A stretch of DNA of 64,000 nt from the human T2T-CHM13v2.0 reference genome, Homo sapiens. Below, piece after piece: positions 1 to 15,544 of this stretch. A program made the position numbers and the translations under genes. The first letter of the stretch is position 1, and every line of letters begins with the position of its first letter. The stretch spans positions 21,088,001-21,152,000 of the forward strand of contig CP068257.2 in the NCBI GenBank assembly GCA_009914755.4, in the 5' to 3' direction. Under the pieces are notes generated by a model, which saw only the letters and a program-made list of their open reading frames with translations, had not been told where the DNA came from and made no database searches.

Positions 1-183
1 ACCTTGGTTTTTAACTTTGGTCCCCTTTCCTCAATCCAAGATCTTAGGTTCCACCTGTGCTTAACTTTTTTGTTCTAGCTGCCCCTGGGGTCAAAATTGG
101 GCATGTTTGGTTCATCTGGGCATGCTCAGGTAACTTGATCTGCAACCTGGGGATCCATTGCACTGAATAAAACTCATCATTCT

Positions 184-491
184 GGCTAGGTGCGGTGGCT
201 CACGCCTGTAATCCTAGCACTTTGGGAGGCCCAGGTGGGAGGATTGCCTGAGCTCAGGAGATCAAGACCAGCCTAGGCAACACAGTGAAACCCTGTCTCT
301 ACTAAAATACAAACAATTAGCTGGGTGTGGCAGTGTACACCTGTAGTACCGGCTACTCAGGAGGCTGAGGCAGGAGAATACCTTGAATCTGGGATGCGGA
401 GATTGCAGTGAGCTGAGATCGCACCACCGCACTCTAGCCTGGGCGACAGAGCGAGACTCCGTCTCCAAACAAACAAACAAACAAACAAAAA
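184..491 (+). mobile_element. Alu SINE (full-length, AluS-like) with (CAAA)n-expanded tail
   Basis: ggctaggtgcggtggctcacgcctgtaatcc...gagactccgtctc is the Alu consensus; the 3' tail is expanded to caaacaaacaaa (466-491). Confidence 0.9.
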
Positions 492-1238
492 CCACTCATC
501 ATTCTGTTACTTTCGTTATTGACAAAGTTGAACTAAATTGAGTTGATTCTGGCATTAAAACAATATAGTGTAATATTTAAGAGAAGTTCAGATCATATCT
601 TGGTTGAGCCATCAGAATAATTATAGAGATAAAAAATGTGCTCTAAGGAAGACAGAGAAATGCTAACAGAGTGTTTACAGCAAGGGAATCATTTTCCATC
701 ACTTGTGTTTTGCTAAGATTCCAAAGCAGGCAGGGTGTGGGAACATTTTACAGTGAGGAAAAGGGAAGGTTTTAGGTGTGCTCTGATTGGAATTTTTAGC
801 GGTTGTGGAAAAAAAGACCACAAAAATAAGAACAAAGTCTGTCTATATATTCAGAGGTTGCTATAACAAGGGAGTTAGTCACCATCACTTCCCTTTATCA
901 GAGAGTCAACATCAGGCAAGAGAGTAGAAAAACTTTATAGTGAAAAGAAAGGGAAGGCTTCAGGAATTATCTCATGAGAGAACGCAGGCACAGAGAAACA
1001 ACGTGGGCTAAGCAGAAGTGGTCATTTTATGTGTTTGGTTTGGGGAGCATATTTGACTTTCTCTTCTTGGTCTAGGGATGAAAGTGGGAGGAAAACAAAC
1101 AAATGAAAAACAGAGATGGCAGTCATTAAAACATTAAAATCATAGCAGCTGTCTCTCTAGGCCAACAGCTGCACAGGTTGTGATTTGGTTTCCTGAACTT
1201 GTTGCTGCAGAGGTTGGGAAATAGAATTTAATTGTCAG

Positions 1239-1593
<355 letters not shown>

Positions 1594-2173
1594 TCATTGT
1601 GATATACCATCTTACTATTTATTTATATTCAGCCTCTCACTTGTGCTGCATTACACTGCCTAAATCCTCCCTCCAAAACTGCAGAAACTAACCCCTGAGC
1701 TTCTGGGATTGTCCTCTATCAGACCTAAATTCATGTCTCATTTCTGAAAAGCAGCTTTCATCCAATTACTGGTGGATATGTAGTTTTAAAAGCCCAAATG
1801 AATCTCTCTGACAAACAAAATATATGAAGGGATATCCCAGCTCCTGAGTACTCCTATGGTTTTACAAAGGTCTTGCTATAATTAAAATGTAGCACTACTT
1901 TTCTTCTGCCCAGTTATACTTCTGTTATTTTCTCTCACAAATATTGATCATAAGGTCATTCCCTAGTAAATTTCCTTCAAACTTATGTTTCCAGGGAACC
2001 TGATCTGCAACATTAAATAATAATATTTGTATGTATGAAGGCTGTACATCTGAGCTAGAGATATGATGGTCTCTGTGGCCATGCCTGCAAAAACTAACAT
2101 TTACTATTACAAAGGTTATTTTAAAATATGGTTCATAATTTTAATTATATTTAAATCATATGATATATCTAGG

Positions 2174-2238
2174 TAGACAGATACATAGAGATAGATAGAT
2201 AGATAGATAGATAGACAGATAGATAGATAGACAGATAC
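2174..2238. repeat. (GATA)n/(GACA) tetranucleotide microsatellite
   Basis: agatagatagatagatagatagacagatagatagatagacagata. Confidence 0.95.
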
Positions 2239-4811
2239 TTTTTAATCTAGACCAAATAACTGTAGTTTAGAAGATACTGAATTCTGTTAAGCAGGTGTTG
2301 ATGAATCTTCCTTATGAGGTTCTAAACTTCTAGGACAATGTGATCAGTTATCCTGTGCTTCTTCTCCCCTATTTATGTTTTTTTTTCAAGCTGTGATACC
2401 CAAACTTTGTTAATTTCTCAGTTTCTATCTCATGTTATACCTTTCAATTGTGATGCATTGATATCTGCTTTTATTTTTCTTTTAATGAAGTTGTGCTACA
2501 ACTTCAATATGCCATCTTTCCTGTTCTAGTAATTCATATTTATTTTTATTCTAACCAATAGATTCTATGCACTAAAGGCAGTAAGCATTCAATGTTTATT
2601 AAAATAAGTGTCTATATATGTGTAAAATCTGTTTGCAGAAATTTTCCTGAAATGTTCATAGAATTGATGCTTACATTTATACAACTTTGAATCAACAGAA
2701 ATGGGACACCATGCCCAAGGAAATAAAAAATATCTTAAAGTTGTAGAGCTCATTGGAAGCAAGATTAAAAGTGATATTAGAATATATAAATAACTACAAT
2801 AGAATACCTAATCAACTCATTTTTTCTCACATATGAATTATTTGCTTATTATGAAATATACTTCCTGATAATAGAAAAGGCTTAAGATAAAATAATGGCT
2901 TTTATTTTTTGTATTTAAACTGAGCTTGTTTCCTACCATTTATGGGCATAAGATACCATTTGTCAAATACTTCACGAACAGAACTTCATTTACATAAACT
3001 ACTTTGAGCATCAGGCACATATCATTTTATACTTTTGCAAATGCAGTAACCAAGAAGCAGAGATTCACCTAGCTGTCATGAAATCACCTAGGGATTAAAA
3101 CAAGAGCTCTCTATTGGCAAAGCCTATGCTCTTTATCATTTCTACTACATTGCTTCTCAACGTATTATTGGAAAGTTTTACATATTGGCCACATTTTTGT
3201 CCTACTATTCTTTTACTACTCAAATAAAAATCTAGAAATGAATGACATTTATAAGGATGCATTATTTTTTACTGTACTGAGGAGTGTGTCTCTAAGATTC
3301 TCACAGCCACTTTTCACGCATTTCACTGATGCCAGGCAATGAATTTCACTTGAGTTCTTTTGAATTGGTTTCAAAATGTAGTAGCTTTTAATTAATCTCT
3401 TCTTTACTAGTTTTTCTTTACTTTAAAATCCACATTAACTTTAAATAACGTGTCCCGGGCCATCAACTTTTATGCTTTTGTTTTAAGAATTTGAATAAAT
3501 TTAATTACTGAGTGATTTCCTAAGGGTTTACAACTTTGATGGATACATTTTCCTTAATTTTTTTATCACAAGTCATAAAATCATATTGAAGACCGTAATT
3601 TTTAAGATATTAACCATATTGTTATGCTAGCACCCATGCGATGTGTAAAAACATGACACTCTTCCCAGCAAGTAGAAACAGTATAAACATAAAAGTATTA
3701 ACATAGTTAGCATTCACAGTAACAAACACAGTTTCATTCATTTTGTTCATGTATAAGCTTACTTATATGCATATGTTCTGCTAAACTTGCAGTTTATCAG
3801 AAATAATGAAAGCTTCATTATTTTACAAACATATAAATATTTTAATTATTTTACTTAAATACATAAAGAAAAATGAAAATAAAATTTTAAAAGGGAGAGG
3901 AAAAAAGAGATACAAATAAACAGTAGATGTTGGTCCTATTCACAACAGTAATTCATGATAATTTGCAAAGCCACAAATCTGAACCGAACTTACATTCAAA
4001 ACTTACATTTCAAAAGCCGTTGTTTAAAGAACAGCTTTTTAATTTGCACACACTTATGAAAGCCTACCCACAGAAAACTTACACTTTTGAAATAGAAATC
4101 AAATATAGGTGAAAGAAAACTTTCTGAGTATTCTGAGCACCTAGAAACAGAGCCAATATCATGAATGATATAACTTATAAAATAGTACATTGAGATATCC
4201 ATTTCTCTGACCACAATCCTCTACAATTTAATTATTTAATTTTTATTCTCTCACTATAATTATGCTTTGACAACACAAAGATGTCCAGTCCTTGAACATG
4301 TCATTCACTCTCCCTCATGCCTATTTTTAAATTCTTCTCTATTAAGCTAACATTCCACATGGGTGATCGAAACTCTTCACAAACAAAAAATGTGTAATAT
4401 ATTTGCCTCATTGGTCTTTATTACATCTGCCTGTAAAACACAAATCTTATGCAGTCCAAAATTTAACTTAGTATTTGCAACAACAACAACAAAAAACTTA
4501 GACTGCAAGGAAAAGGACACAAACTTTCCAAGCATTACTTTTTCTAAGTTTATGGCCTCAAAGCATCACTAAGTTGCTAAGAATACAAATAAATACTTTT
4601 CTTCTTCCAAGTCAGTTCTTTTTCAAATCATTACCCTACTGCATTCATTGAAATGCTAGTTAGATTTGTTTCAATTCACTTTTCACGAGTGTAAATGAAG
4701 CTATAAGAAGGAAACGAATTATCAAATATCAAAAGTTACTCTCTGCATCAGATATTATTCTTACTTTTTCTTACACTTACAATGACTGAGATGCCACTCA
4801 TTTCTAAATGA

Positions 4812-5188
<377 letters not shown>

Positions 5189-5639
5189 CCCCTTCATTAA
5201 ATTGTATATTCTTTCAATTTTATAACACCATGATATCTTGATTTGGGGTTGTTCCTTTGGCCATTCCTAGAAACAACTGCCTTCCTTCCTTAATATTTTA
5301 TAAAGTTCTCTCAAAGGTTGTTGTTTTGTTTTGTTTTCTCTATACCTTAACTCTAAGCGAAGACCCACATTTTTATTGTCTCCATTGCTGATACAGTTTC
5401 ACATCATTCAAATTAATATTTTCAGGCTAGATGTATCTAATTTGCATATGTTTAATTCCAATTACAAGTAACTCAATAGATGAATAGACAGATAAAAGCT
5501 TATTTTTGCCCATTCTGTAGGATATCTTTTTACTTTCTTAATGTTCTTTAATGCACAGCAGTTTTTAATTTTGGTGAAATCAAAATTTGTCTATTTTTTC
5601 CCCTGTTGCTCATGCATTTGGTGTCATAGCTACTGGCAA

Positions 5640-6000
5640 ATCCAAAGTCATGAGAATGTACCCCTAGGTTTTCTCCTAAGAGTTTTATAGATTTAGCCCA
5701 TTGGTTGATTTTGAGTTAATTTTTGTAGTTAGCATGATGTGGGAGTTCATGCATATCCATTTGTCTCAACATCATTTGTTGAAGAGATGATTCCCTCTCC
5801 AGGGAATAGCCTTAGAAACCTTGTTAAAAATCAATTGGTTATAGATGTATGAACTCATTTCTGGGCTCCTGATTCTGTTCCATTTGTCTATGTGTCTGGC
5901 ATTGTGCTAGTGCCATGCTGTTTTGATTACTGTAGTTTTGTGGTAAGTTTAGAAATTGGAAATGTGAGTCCTCTTGCTTTGTTCTTTTACAATATAATTT
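5640..6000 (-). mobile_element. L1 LINE fragment (older L1P/L1M, ORF2 3' region, antisense)
   Basis: ctgattctgttccatttgtctatgtgtctgg...ccatgctgttttgattactgtag is the reverse complement of L1 ORF2 ...ctacagtaaccaaaacagcatgg...atagaccaatggaacagaatagag. Confidence 0.7.
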
Positions 6001-7814
6001 TGGAAATTAAAAAAAAGCTAACTAGCTAACAAATAATTCACCATTACCACTTCCGCCAAACATGTAACTGGGTGTCACTTTAATTCAACTCTACTTTTCA
6101 AGTCAAATTCTAGAGAATTATTCTTGAATCTTACTCTTTCCCATGAGGACATCCAAAGAAGTTACCAAATTCTATATACCATATAATCTATTTTTGTTTA
6201 TTATTTGTGCAACTTTTCTTCTCCAAGACACCATTATCTTTCTATTTAATTGTGCTAATTGTTTCTTAAATTTTCTCTTCACCTCCAGGTTTTCTACCCT
6301 GCAATCCTATTTCACCCTAATCAATTTTGCTCATTGCAGCTATTATTATCTTTTTATGTCATTTTGTATCTTATAAGTCATAAAACATTTTCAATTTTAG
6401 AATAACATCCAAAGTTTTTTTTCAATTTTATTTATTTTGGTAACATCCAAAGTTTTCTAACCCACATTACTTCTCAAGAGATATATCACATTTTTATGGT
6501 TAATTTTATCTCCTAAAAATTCATATGTTAAAGTTCTAACCCCCGGTTTCCTGAAATATGATCTTATTTGGAAATAGGGTCCTTGTAGATGTCATTAAAT
6601 TAAAATGAGGTCATATTGGAATAGATGAGTACCTAATAGAATATGTCTGGTGTTCTTTTGTAAAGTAGAAATATAGAGACAGACACACACAGAGGGACAA
6701 CAACATATTAAGATGAAGGCAGATATTGGAATGATGCAACAGAAACAAAGGAACACTGATAATTATCAACAAACCACCAATACATAGAAGAGAAGTGTGA
6801 AACACATTTCTCTTTCACAGCCATTAAAAGGAATCAATCCTTCCAAAACCCTCATCAATTTCTGTTGTTCTAAGCCATGCACTTTGTGGTACTTTGTTAC
6901 AGCAGTCCTAGCAAAGAAATATGTAGGTCATACATGCCCTAAAACTGAAGCTGCAACCTTGCTTAATTATTATCGTTTTCTTAACTATTACATGCTGTCT
7001 TATCTCCATTCCAATTTAACTGTCTACTAGTTATCTTCATCATTCAGCTATTTCTTATACTGTGTCAAATATATCAATAATGTTGGTCTCAATGTAAATG
7101 TTTTACTCTGGAATGTCTTTCAAAATGTTTCTTGTGGGATTGGGGGTGGAAAATCATGACTACAAAGTTCTAAGGGCAGATAATGCCCTCCTATGGAGTT
7201 TCAGATCTGAGGAGCTGATTAAGCCAATATCAATTAGATTAGAAACCTGAGAGGTTTCTGTCCCAGGAACACAAGGGTGAAATGAATCTTATTAGGTTGT
7301 TTCCTAGACCCACCTAGAACACTTTCTAATTAGTTAGATATTGTCAGCTTCTCATCCTATACACCTAACCAGAAAAAAAGAAAATATTTTCCCATAGAAT
7401 ATAATGTTATTTACAGTCTTAATGGGCTCTTTCTAAAATGTCCCATAAAATGATTACTACGTATAGAAAGATGAATGAAAATATGACTGATAATCCTAGG
7501 AAAAGAAACCTTACTCACGGTTGATCCAGATACTATAGTTGAACAAGGAATCTTTAAAATTCCATGCTTAATATGACAAACAATATAGACTAAGTGTTAA
7601 AAAATAAAGATGGAACATTTTCGTTACAGAGAATTGTTATCTGCAAAGTAATGGAAAACAAAGGAGAACTTTATTTTCTGGAAATAAACAAATAAATGAA
7701 ATCTGTAGATCTGGGAAACGCAGGCTCTGATGTAAATTAAAGTGTGCTCTACGAAACAAAGAGTGAGACTGGCTTAAAGAAAGTTCCTGCCTCAGTCTTC
7801 AATCAGGTCCATAT

Positions 7815-8070
7815 ATGCAAATGAGGAATTCAAATTTCTTCAGTCCTGATTGGTTGGAAATAGCTGGGTATAATTAAGCAATTTCCAAGCCCAAACCAGA
7901 AGTTTCTGTTGGATGGCCCTCTCAGGTGGCTGACCACAGTGTCTCAGCTTAGGTTACAAGAACCATCCTAGCTCAGAGGCATGTGCAGCATGCTTGTCTG
8001 GAGCCTTCCTTGTATGGAACAAAGAGGGCATCATTGCCCTTTTCTCATTCACCATGGCCTCTGGGTAAGT
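7815..8070 (+). promoter_or_regulatory. Promoter-like motif cluster (octamer, Y-box/CCAAT, TATA), then ATG in Kozak context and a GTAAGT donor. Hypothetical
   Basis: ATGCAAAT 7815-7822; ctGATTGGttgg 7846-7857; gggTATAATTAAg 7867-7879; caccATGGcctctggGTAAGT 8051-8070. No CpG island and no downstream ORF. Confidence 0.15.
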
Positions 8071-10177
8071 TTCATTTCACAAGTGGAAGACACAGCACTA
8101 GAAGTCACCTAAAGTAAAGCACAGCAGGAAAAATGAAATAAAATACATGGGATAGTCTCAAAAGATCTAGTAAACAGACAATTGGAGTGCCACAGGAGGA
8201 GAGTGGTTATGTTTTAGAAGATAATAGCTGAGAATTTTCCAAACCCCTTGCAAATTAACTCATAGAATTAAGACTGTCAACCAATTCTAAGTTTAAACAC
8301 TCTTGCTTACCTCCTCTGCCAACTCACCCTCATGCACTTACATAAACTCAGGCACATCACAATTATACTACTGAAAAGCAAACTATCAGAATAATAAAAG
8401 CAGTTAACTTTGGAGAAAAACTGCTACCCTCAAAGGGCACAATGGTAGGGTAAAAACTAACATTTTAAGAGAAATAATAGAAACCAGAGTGGACGAAAAG
8501 ATATTCCAAAGATTGACAAAATAATAGGCATATTGGATTCTACAGCCAACTGAAACATTCTTCAAAAATGGAAGTGAAATAAATGTTTCAATCATAAAAG
8601 AGGGAAAGTAATTGTCCATCTGCCTATCCTAAAAGAAAACATGAAATTTAATAAAAAAATTGAATATTATTCATAGCAATGTTTAACCAAAACCATGTAC
8701 AAGAACACACAGCACCATTATTTCCAAGATCCCCACACTGGAAAACTAACCAAAAGTATATCAGCACAAAATAGATATATTAATTTTATTACATTTATAC
8801 AATAGATTACTATACAGCAATTAGGATACATAAAATAATTTTACATGCAAAAATGTAGATGAATCTACAGATATAAGGTAGAATAAAAAAACTAGTTATA
8901 CAAGGGTTCATATTGTATGATCATGTTTATTGTAAGTTTCCCTCAGGAATATGTACTAACAGGTAATAGTACTCAGGATATTGGTTACACTTGAGGGTAG
9001 TGGTTTGCAGAGGGCAAAGTCAGAATTCTGAAGAATTGGAACATTCTGTTTCTTGACTAGGAGTCATGTCATATACTTTTATTTGATTTGTGAAATTAAA
9101 AACAATTGCATACTTATACTATGTTTATATAAATAATATAACAAATATTAAAACAAATGCCAAAATGAGAGTTAATGTAAGTTTCACTGTAGGCTGTAAT
9201 GACTAAATGAATAGAACTTGACATAATTCAGAAGAGTAAAATGATTTATAAACTTAAATCAATTTTTGTTAATTCGATAAAATATTAACAAGGATTCACA
9301 GAGCTGAGTTTTGCCTTGTGGGTTTATTGTAAAGAAATGTTTCCAAGAGTATTGAAAAATATTTTCTCTAGCTTTAAACTTCAAGATAATTAAAGTTGGG
9401 GACTTTATTAGAATACATTTTCTTAAAAAACTTCAAATAAAGCTTTTAAAATCTGACCTTCATGAATGTAAATGTCTGGTTTGTTAATTTTGTGAAGATC
9501 TGGGGCACACAATAGAGAAATGAATAGTTATCCTCAAGAGCAGCTGAAATAGGAATACAAAAAATGTCTTTTTGACCTGTGATGGGAGAGATAGAATCAT
9601 CGTAATAAGGCAATGACAGCACAGATTAGTTTCTATGAGAACTGGAAAAAAATTCCCTTTTGTTAGATAGGATTAAAATTTTTAAAAAGTACCTCCTCTT
9701 GTGGGACCAAGAAAAAAGGTGCCCTTCTTCTGAGGAGACACTGCCCAGTGTCTGGGAACCCAGTTGTGAAGGCAGAGGGCTAGCTGGTTTTAGTTTTCTC
9801 TTGTGTCATTTCTTTTATGCTCTATTTTAACAGACATAAGGGTTCCTTTTGAGGATAGCAGAACAAGAGAGAAGGAAACACGGTTCCTCACACAATGACA
9901 CCACCCTGTCTTCTAGGACTGCTAAATATTAGATTGCTAAGAAATAGAGAAAAAATATATATAATTAATTTAGTTTGCTATTTATGTTTTGATTTGATAT
10001 TTATATTTGATACTGCAGCCAAGCCTATATCCTAAAAATAAAAAGAAAGAAAAACAAAGAAAAACAAATAAACAGTAGCTGAAGATAAACTCTCAATAAA
10101 AATTATAAAATAAGAAGAAATGTACGCTAGGGAGATCGGGTTCCCTGTCGCCTATGGAGTTAGTCTGTGTTTTGGTT

Positions 10178-10472
10178 TTGGTTTGGTTTTGGTTTTGATA
10201 GGGTCTCTCACTTTCTCCCAAGCTGGAGTGCATTGGAGCTATCATAGTTCACTACAGGCTCAAACTCCTGGGCTCAAGTGATCCTCTTGCCTCAGCCTCC
10301 CAAGTAGTTAGGACTACAGACATGCACCACGCCTCACTAATTTTTTGTTTTTTTATTTTTGGTACAGACAAGGTTTGGCTCTGTTGTCCAGATTAGCCTC
10401 AAAGTTCTGGCCTCAAGCAGTCCTTCCATTTGGGCCTCCCAAAGTGCTGGGATTACAGGCCTGAGCCCAGCC
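10178..10472 (-). mobile_element. Alu SINE (old, diverged AluJ-like, antisense) with (GTTTT)n tail
   Basis: gttttggttttggttttg atagggtctctcactttctcccaagctggagtgcattggagc ... cctcccaaagtgctgggattacaggcctgagccc. Many CpG to TpG/CpA changes. Confidence 0.85.
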
Positions 10473-10815
10473 ATTGGTTCTTTTTCGAAAGAATATTTCT
10501 AAAGATGTTCTCTCTGGTTAGGCTTAGCGAGTTGAACATCTCTCTGACAATCTCAAAGCAAAACAAACAATGTATCTGAATGTACAGATAAGAAGACCAG
10601 CTGGACTTTAATTATGACCACTTTGACACATAATAATATGGTGAAATTTTCATATTTAGAGATTAAAAGTCAACATTATTATTTTTTTAAAGAATGGATG
10701 ATCCCTATTTATGGAGATGATAATGATTGTTGAACAGTAGAAGGGTAAAATAAGTATGTAAGTAAAGAATCTTCATTAAAAATAACATAAAATGTAGGTG
10801 GACATTAACTAGTTA

Positions 10816-11100
<285 letters not shown>

Positions 11101-12189
11101 TTATGAGACTGTCACATTATCCTTCCAAGGTCATGACAAGGCTTGCCAGGTACCTCATCAGCATTTCTGAAACAAGCTGAAAATTCACTAATGATAACAT
11201 TATTGCCTAATCTTATTGTGAAGGCGAGTTACCAATTTACTACCTGCCAAAAGGCGAGCTTTAAAAAACAGATGAAAAATTATTTAGGGATTCACATAAT
11301 TACCTTATAAGGATTTAAGAAATAAAAACAGTAGATCAGAACAAAAAAAGGAAAGGAACTTAAAAATGGAAAATAATCCATCAACCACAGCAGATTATTT
11401 ACTTAAAACATTAGATTTAGGTTCTGACTTACATTCACAAAGCTTTTGCTAATTTGTTTCAGGTTTAATGAGTTTTCTAATTACGCTCTCCTCCACTTGT
11501 ACTTCCTTGAAAGGCTTGAGATCTGCCATAACTGTATCAAGTTTAATTAATTTTTAATTAATTATATATTACCAACAAATGGTATTGTTTATGCTCTTGT
11601 AAACTTCAGGTGCCAGCCTGGACACCTGAATTGCTTTCTGTAGAAACAGTGAACTGGTGATTTTTAAATAAATTTAATATATTAGTTGTACTTTGAGGCC
11701 CTTATATTCTGCACTGCTCTGTTCTTTTTCATAAGAAATAATAGTGTGCATATCCCACAGAGCAAGAGCTGTAAACCTAATTAGACAGATTTGGGATCAA
11801 GAAGACATTTAAGAGATGAATGTGTTTGCTAATTTTTCAATGATGGTATAGAATCTAAAAATTATCTCATTTTAAGTTTCAAATGAAGAATTGTTTTGCC
11901 TCATAAAGACACTCACATGCAGTCTGATTTACTCTTATCTGACTTTTTTTTTTTTTTTTTAAACTCTGCTAATGAGGTTTAGTGGGGAAGAAATGGCTCT
12001 CTGCAGAAACTGATAAAGCTACAGGCAAGAGGGAGAATGCCAGAAGCTTGGCAATACACTAAAAAGCATTTCTGAAATTGTGTCCTGCTTGATTATCTGA
12101 TACTGTAGCAGCATCCAAAGTGGCAACAAAGAAGAGGGACAGATGGCAGGAAGCAAAGGTGGCAGATAACAGTGCTAATAAATTTCAAT

Positions 12190-12935
<746 letters not shown>

Positions 12936-13164
12936 AATTAATGTACCTGTCCCTTTCTGTAGAGGATACAGTCATTCAAGAATCCACTCACCCTGCTTAG
13001 AACAGATGAATGGCAGACTAGAAGGCACTGGATTGGATCAAGAAATTGGAGGGACCAATTCTATCACTGACCAAAAAAGAAAAGAAAAAGTAAGAAGTAA
13101 AAGCAACTCCTTTTGCACATACTGTCTGAATTGGTCCAATTTTACACTGCTACAAAGAACTTCC

Positions 13165-13515
13165 TGAGAATGGGTAATTTACAAAGGAAAGAGTTTTAAT
13201 TGACTCATTGTTCAGCATGGGTGGGAAGGCCTTAGGAAACTTACAGAATCATGGCAGAAGACTAAGAAGAAGCAAGGCACCTTCTTTACAAGGTGGTGGG
13301 AAGGAGAATGAATGCAGGATGAACTACCAAACACTTATAAAGCCATCAAATCTTGTGAGAACTCCCTCACTTTCACGAGAACCGCATGGGGGAAACTGCC
13401 CCCATGACTCAATTACCTCCACCTGGCCTCTCCCTTGACATGTGGGGATAATTGGCATTACAGGGATTAAAATTCAAAATGAGATTTTGGATGGGGACAC
13501 AGCAAAACCATATCA
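13165..13515 (-). mobile_element. MaLR LTR relic (THE1/MST-like, antisense)
   Basis: ctgagaatgggtaatttacaaaggaaagagttttaattgactcattgttcagcatgg...ggattaaaattcaaaatgagattttggatggggacacagcaaaaccatatca is the reverse complement of the tgatatggtttggctgtgtcccc... LTR start. Confidence 0.65.
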
Positions 13516-14336
13516 CTGTCCCAGATATGAATCTTATTATCACTTTATTCACATAATTTCTAATTGTCTTTTTACATCACCTAGTAATTCTCACTTGATG
13601 TTAGCTTTTATTAAAAAAGCAGAAACATGAGAAGAATTTTAGGTATGGCAGCATTGGATTTGAGTCTGAGTGCACTAAGAATCATGTTAACAGCTGTAAA
13701 AACCTGGAATAGCTCTGATCAATACCCTAATAGTCAACTAGTAAATATGGGCGAGGCTATTAGTGGTTATTCTTTGTAGCCACCGGATTAATGTGGTTAT
13801 TTCTCACAATTCATTCTGAGCATTTTATACCTCCAGCAGTGAAATAATCATTGGGTATAAAAATGGCCTGTGTGAAGCTTTCTAATTTTGTCCTCTTCTA
13901 CTTTGACTGGTTTCATATGTGATGATTGCCCACTATAAATAAAGGTTATTCATTCTTTAATGTAAAAATATACAGTACTGTTAGTAAATTGATTTGAAAT
14001 ACATAAGAATTTGAAATTTACCTTGAATTTTTCAAATGCTATATTTTATACATCTTTTATGATTGAATCTAAACTACTTGACAAAACTTGCTCACAAAAA
14101 AGGAAATTATGTTAACAAGATAGCCTATTTACTACAAAAGAATATGCAGAAAGTAGGGGAAATAAACAGAAGAAAATAATCAAGTACATAGTTATCCATA
14201 AATAGAATATAAGTCCACATAATACAATTTGAAAATGTTAGATTGTGCAAGTTTTTGTAAAAGCTAAGACCAATTAAGTGCTCACAAATTAGAATAAGAC
14301 AGTGGGAAGGGGATCTTTTTAAGAATGTATTATTGT

Positions 14337-14607
14337 TTATGATATATATATCATTGATATATATATCATTGATATATATATCAAAGATATATATATATCA
14401 ATGATATATATATCAAAGATATATATATCATTGATATATATATCAAAGATATATATATCAATGATATATATATCAAAGATATATATATCAATGATATATA
14501 TATATCAAAGATATATATATCAATGATATATATATCAAAGATACATATGTATCAATGATATATATATCATTGATATATATATATATCTCAATGATATATA
14601 TATAAAA
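14337..14607. repeat. AT-rich palindromic minisatellite (15-16-bp units, ~17 copies)
   Basis: Tandem units gatatatatatcattg / gatatatatatcaaag / atatatatatcaatg. Adjacent units are near-perfect inverted repeats (tcattgatatatatatcaatga). Confidence 0.9.
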
Positions 14608-15544
14608 AGATGCACAAACATTAATCACAGCAACAGCATCCAACTCATATGAGTAACAGTGGCTATGGTAACAGTGTTGATGTTTTTTGCCCACTGCCAC
14701 TGGGCATGCCCACTTGATAAAGCTTAAACTCCCAGAGCTTTCCTTCAGTTTCCTCCAAACTGTGGCTTAATCTTAAATTTTGGTGTTTGTACTCAACATC
14801 CAACTCCTAAGTGTTGGTGCAGTTATGTTGTCTGGTACTCAGAGCAGTTTATGAGATGAGTTTTAACTTCAGCTCTTTATCCTTTTTGGTTCATTTATTT
14901 TGGTTTTCTAAGATTTGATATAAAACTACCCACTGAAGTATTAACCCATTCAATATTCTTATAAAAAATTAGTTTTATGCTTTAATAAGAGAGCATTTTA
15001 TATTGCTTAAAACTAAGATTCTTGCCTAAAAAGTAGCATTGATATTTTGCTATGTGTAAGATTCTATGACGTAGTTGTTTTTATGAAAGTTATGTAATTC
15101 TTTATGAAGAGGTATGTAATTCTTAATCTTAATAACTTTGTGGTTTGGATTGGGAGATCAAATAAAATGGCTTGGACTTTTAATAAAAATCTAACAAAGA
15201 TACAACTAAAAAACATATGTTACATACTTATTCCTAACACGTGGAAAGTATAAACTATACTTGCAGTGAACTCACAAGAGATGTCTTTTCGTTGTGACTG
15301 CATGTGAGAACTTTAATAAAAATAGACTTGAGGCATGTAGGTAGAGAGGGTGTGAGGAGGCCGAGTTCTGTCAGGGAATTGTTAATATCTTATTCATGTT
15401 TTGTGATCAATGTATGTTATATGATGTATTCATATTTAGTAGACATTTGCTAAATGAATGAATGGATGAATGAATAGGTAGATGAAATAATGGAGCTGAT
15501 TTACCAATAGTGGAAACATAAAACCACTAAAATGCATTTTATTT

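Noticed and set aside
7815-8600. Octamer, TATA and leader-exon-like ATG…GTAAGT as an immunoglobulin or TCR V gene segment
   Set aside because: No V-exon-length ORF is present and there is no cysteine framework or RSS heptamer/nonamer downstream. The 5' UTR would be about 150 nt, atypical for V genes. It is kept only as a generic promoter-like cluster.
8640-8780. Possible ancient L1 3' end (…attattcatagcaatgtttaaccaaaaccatgtacaagaacacacagcaccattatttcc…)
   Set aside because: It resembles older L1 3' ends (cattattcacaatagccaaaacatggaaacaacc…), but similarity is too weak to call by eye. It needs RepeatMasker.
14337-14607. Regularly spaced short palindromic repeats resembling a CRISPR array
   Set aside because: Units are 15-16 bp with only 3-5 nt variable 'spacers', the composition is almost pure AT, the context is eukaryotic, and no cas genes are present. 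It is a minisatellite.
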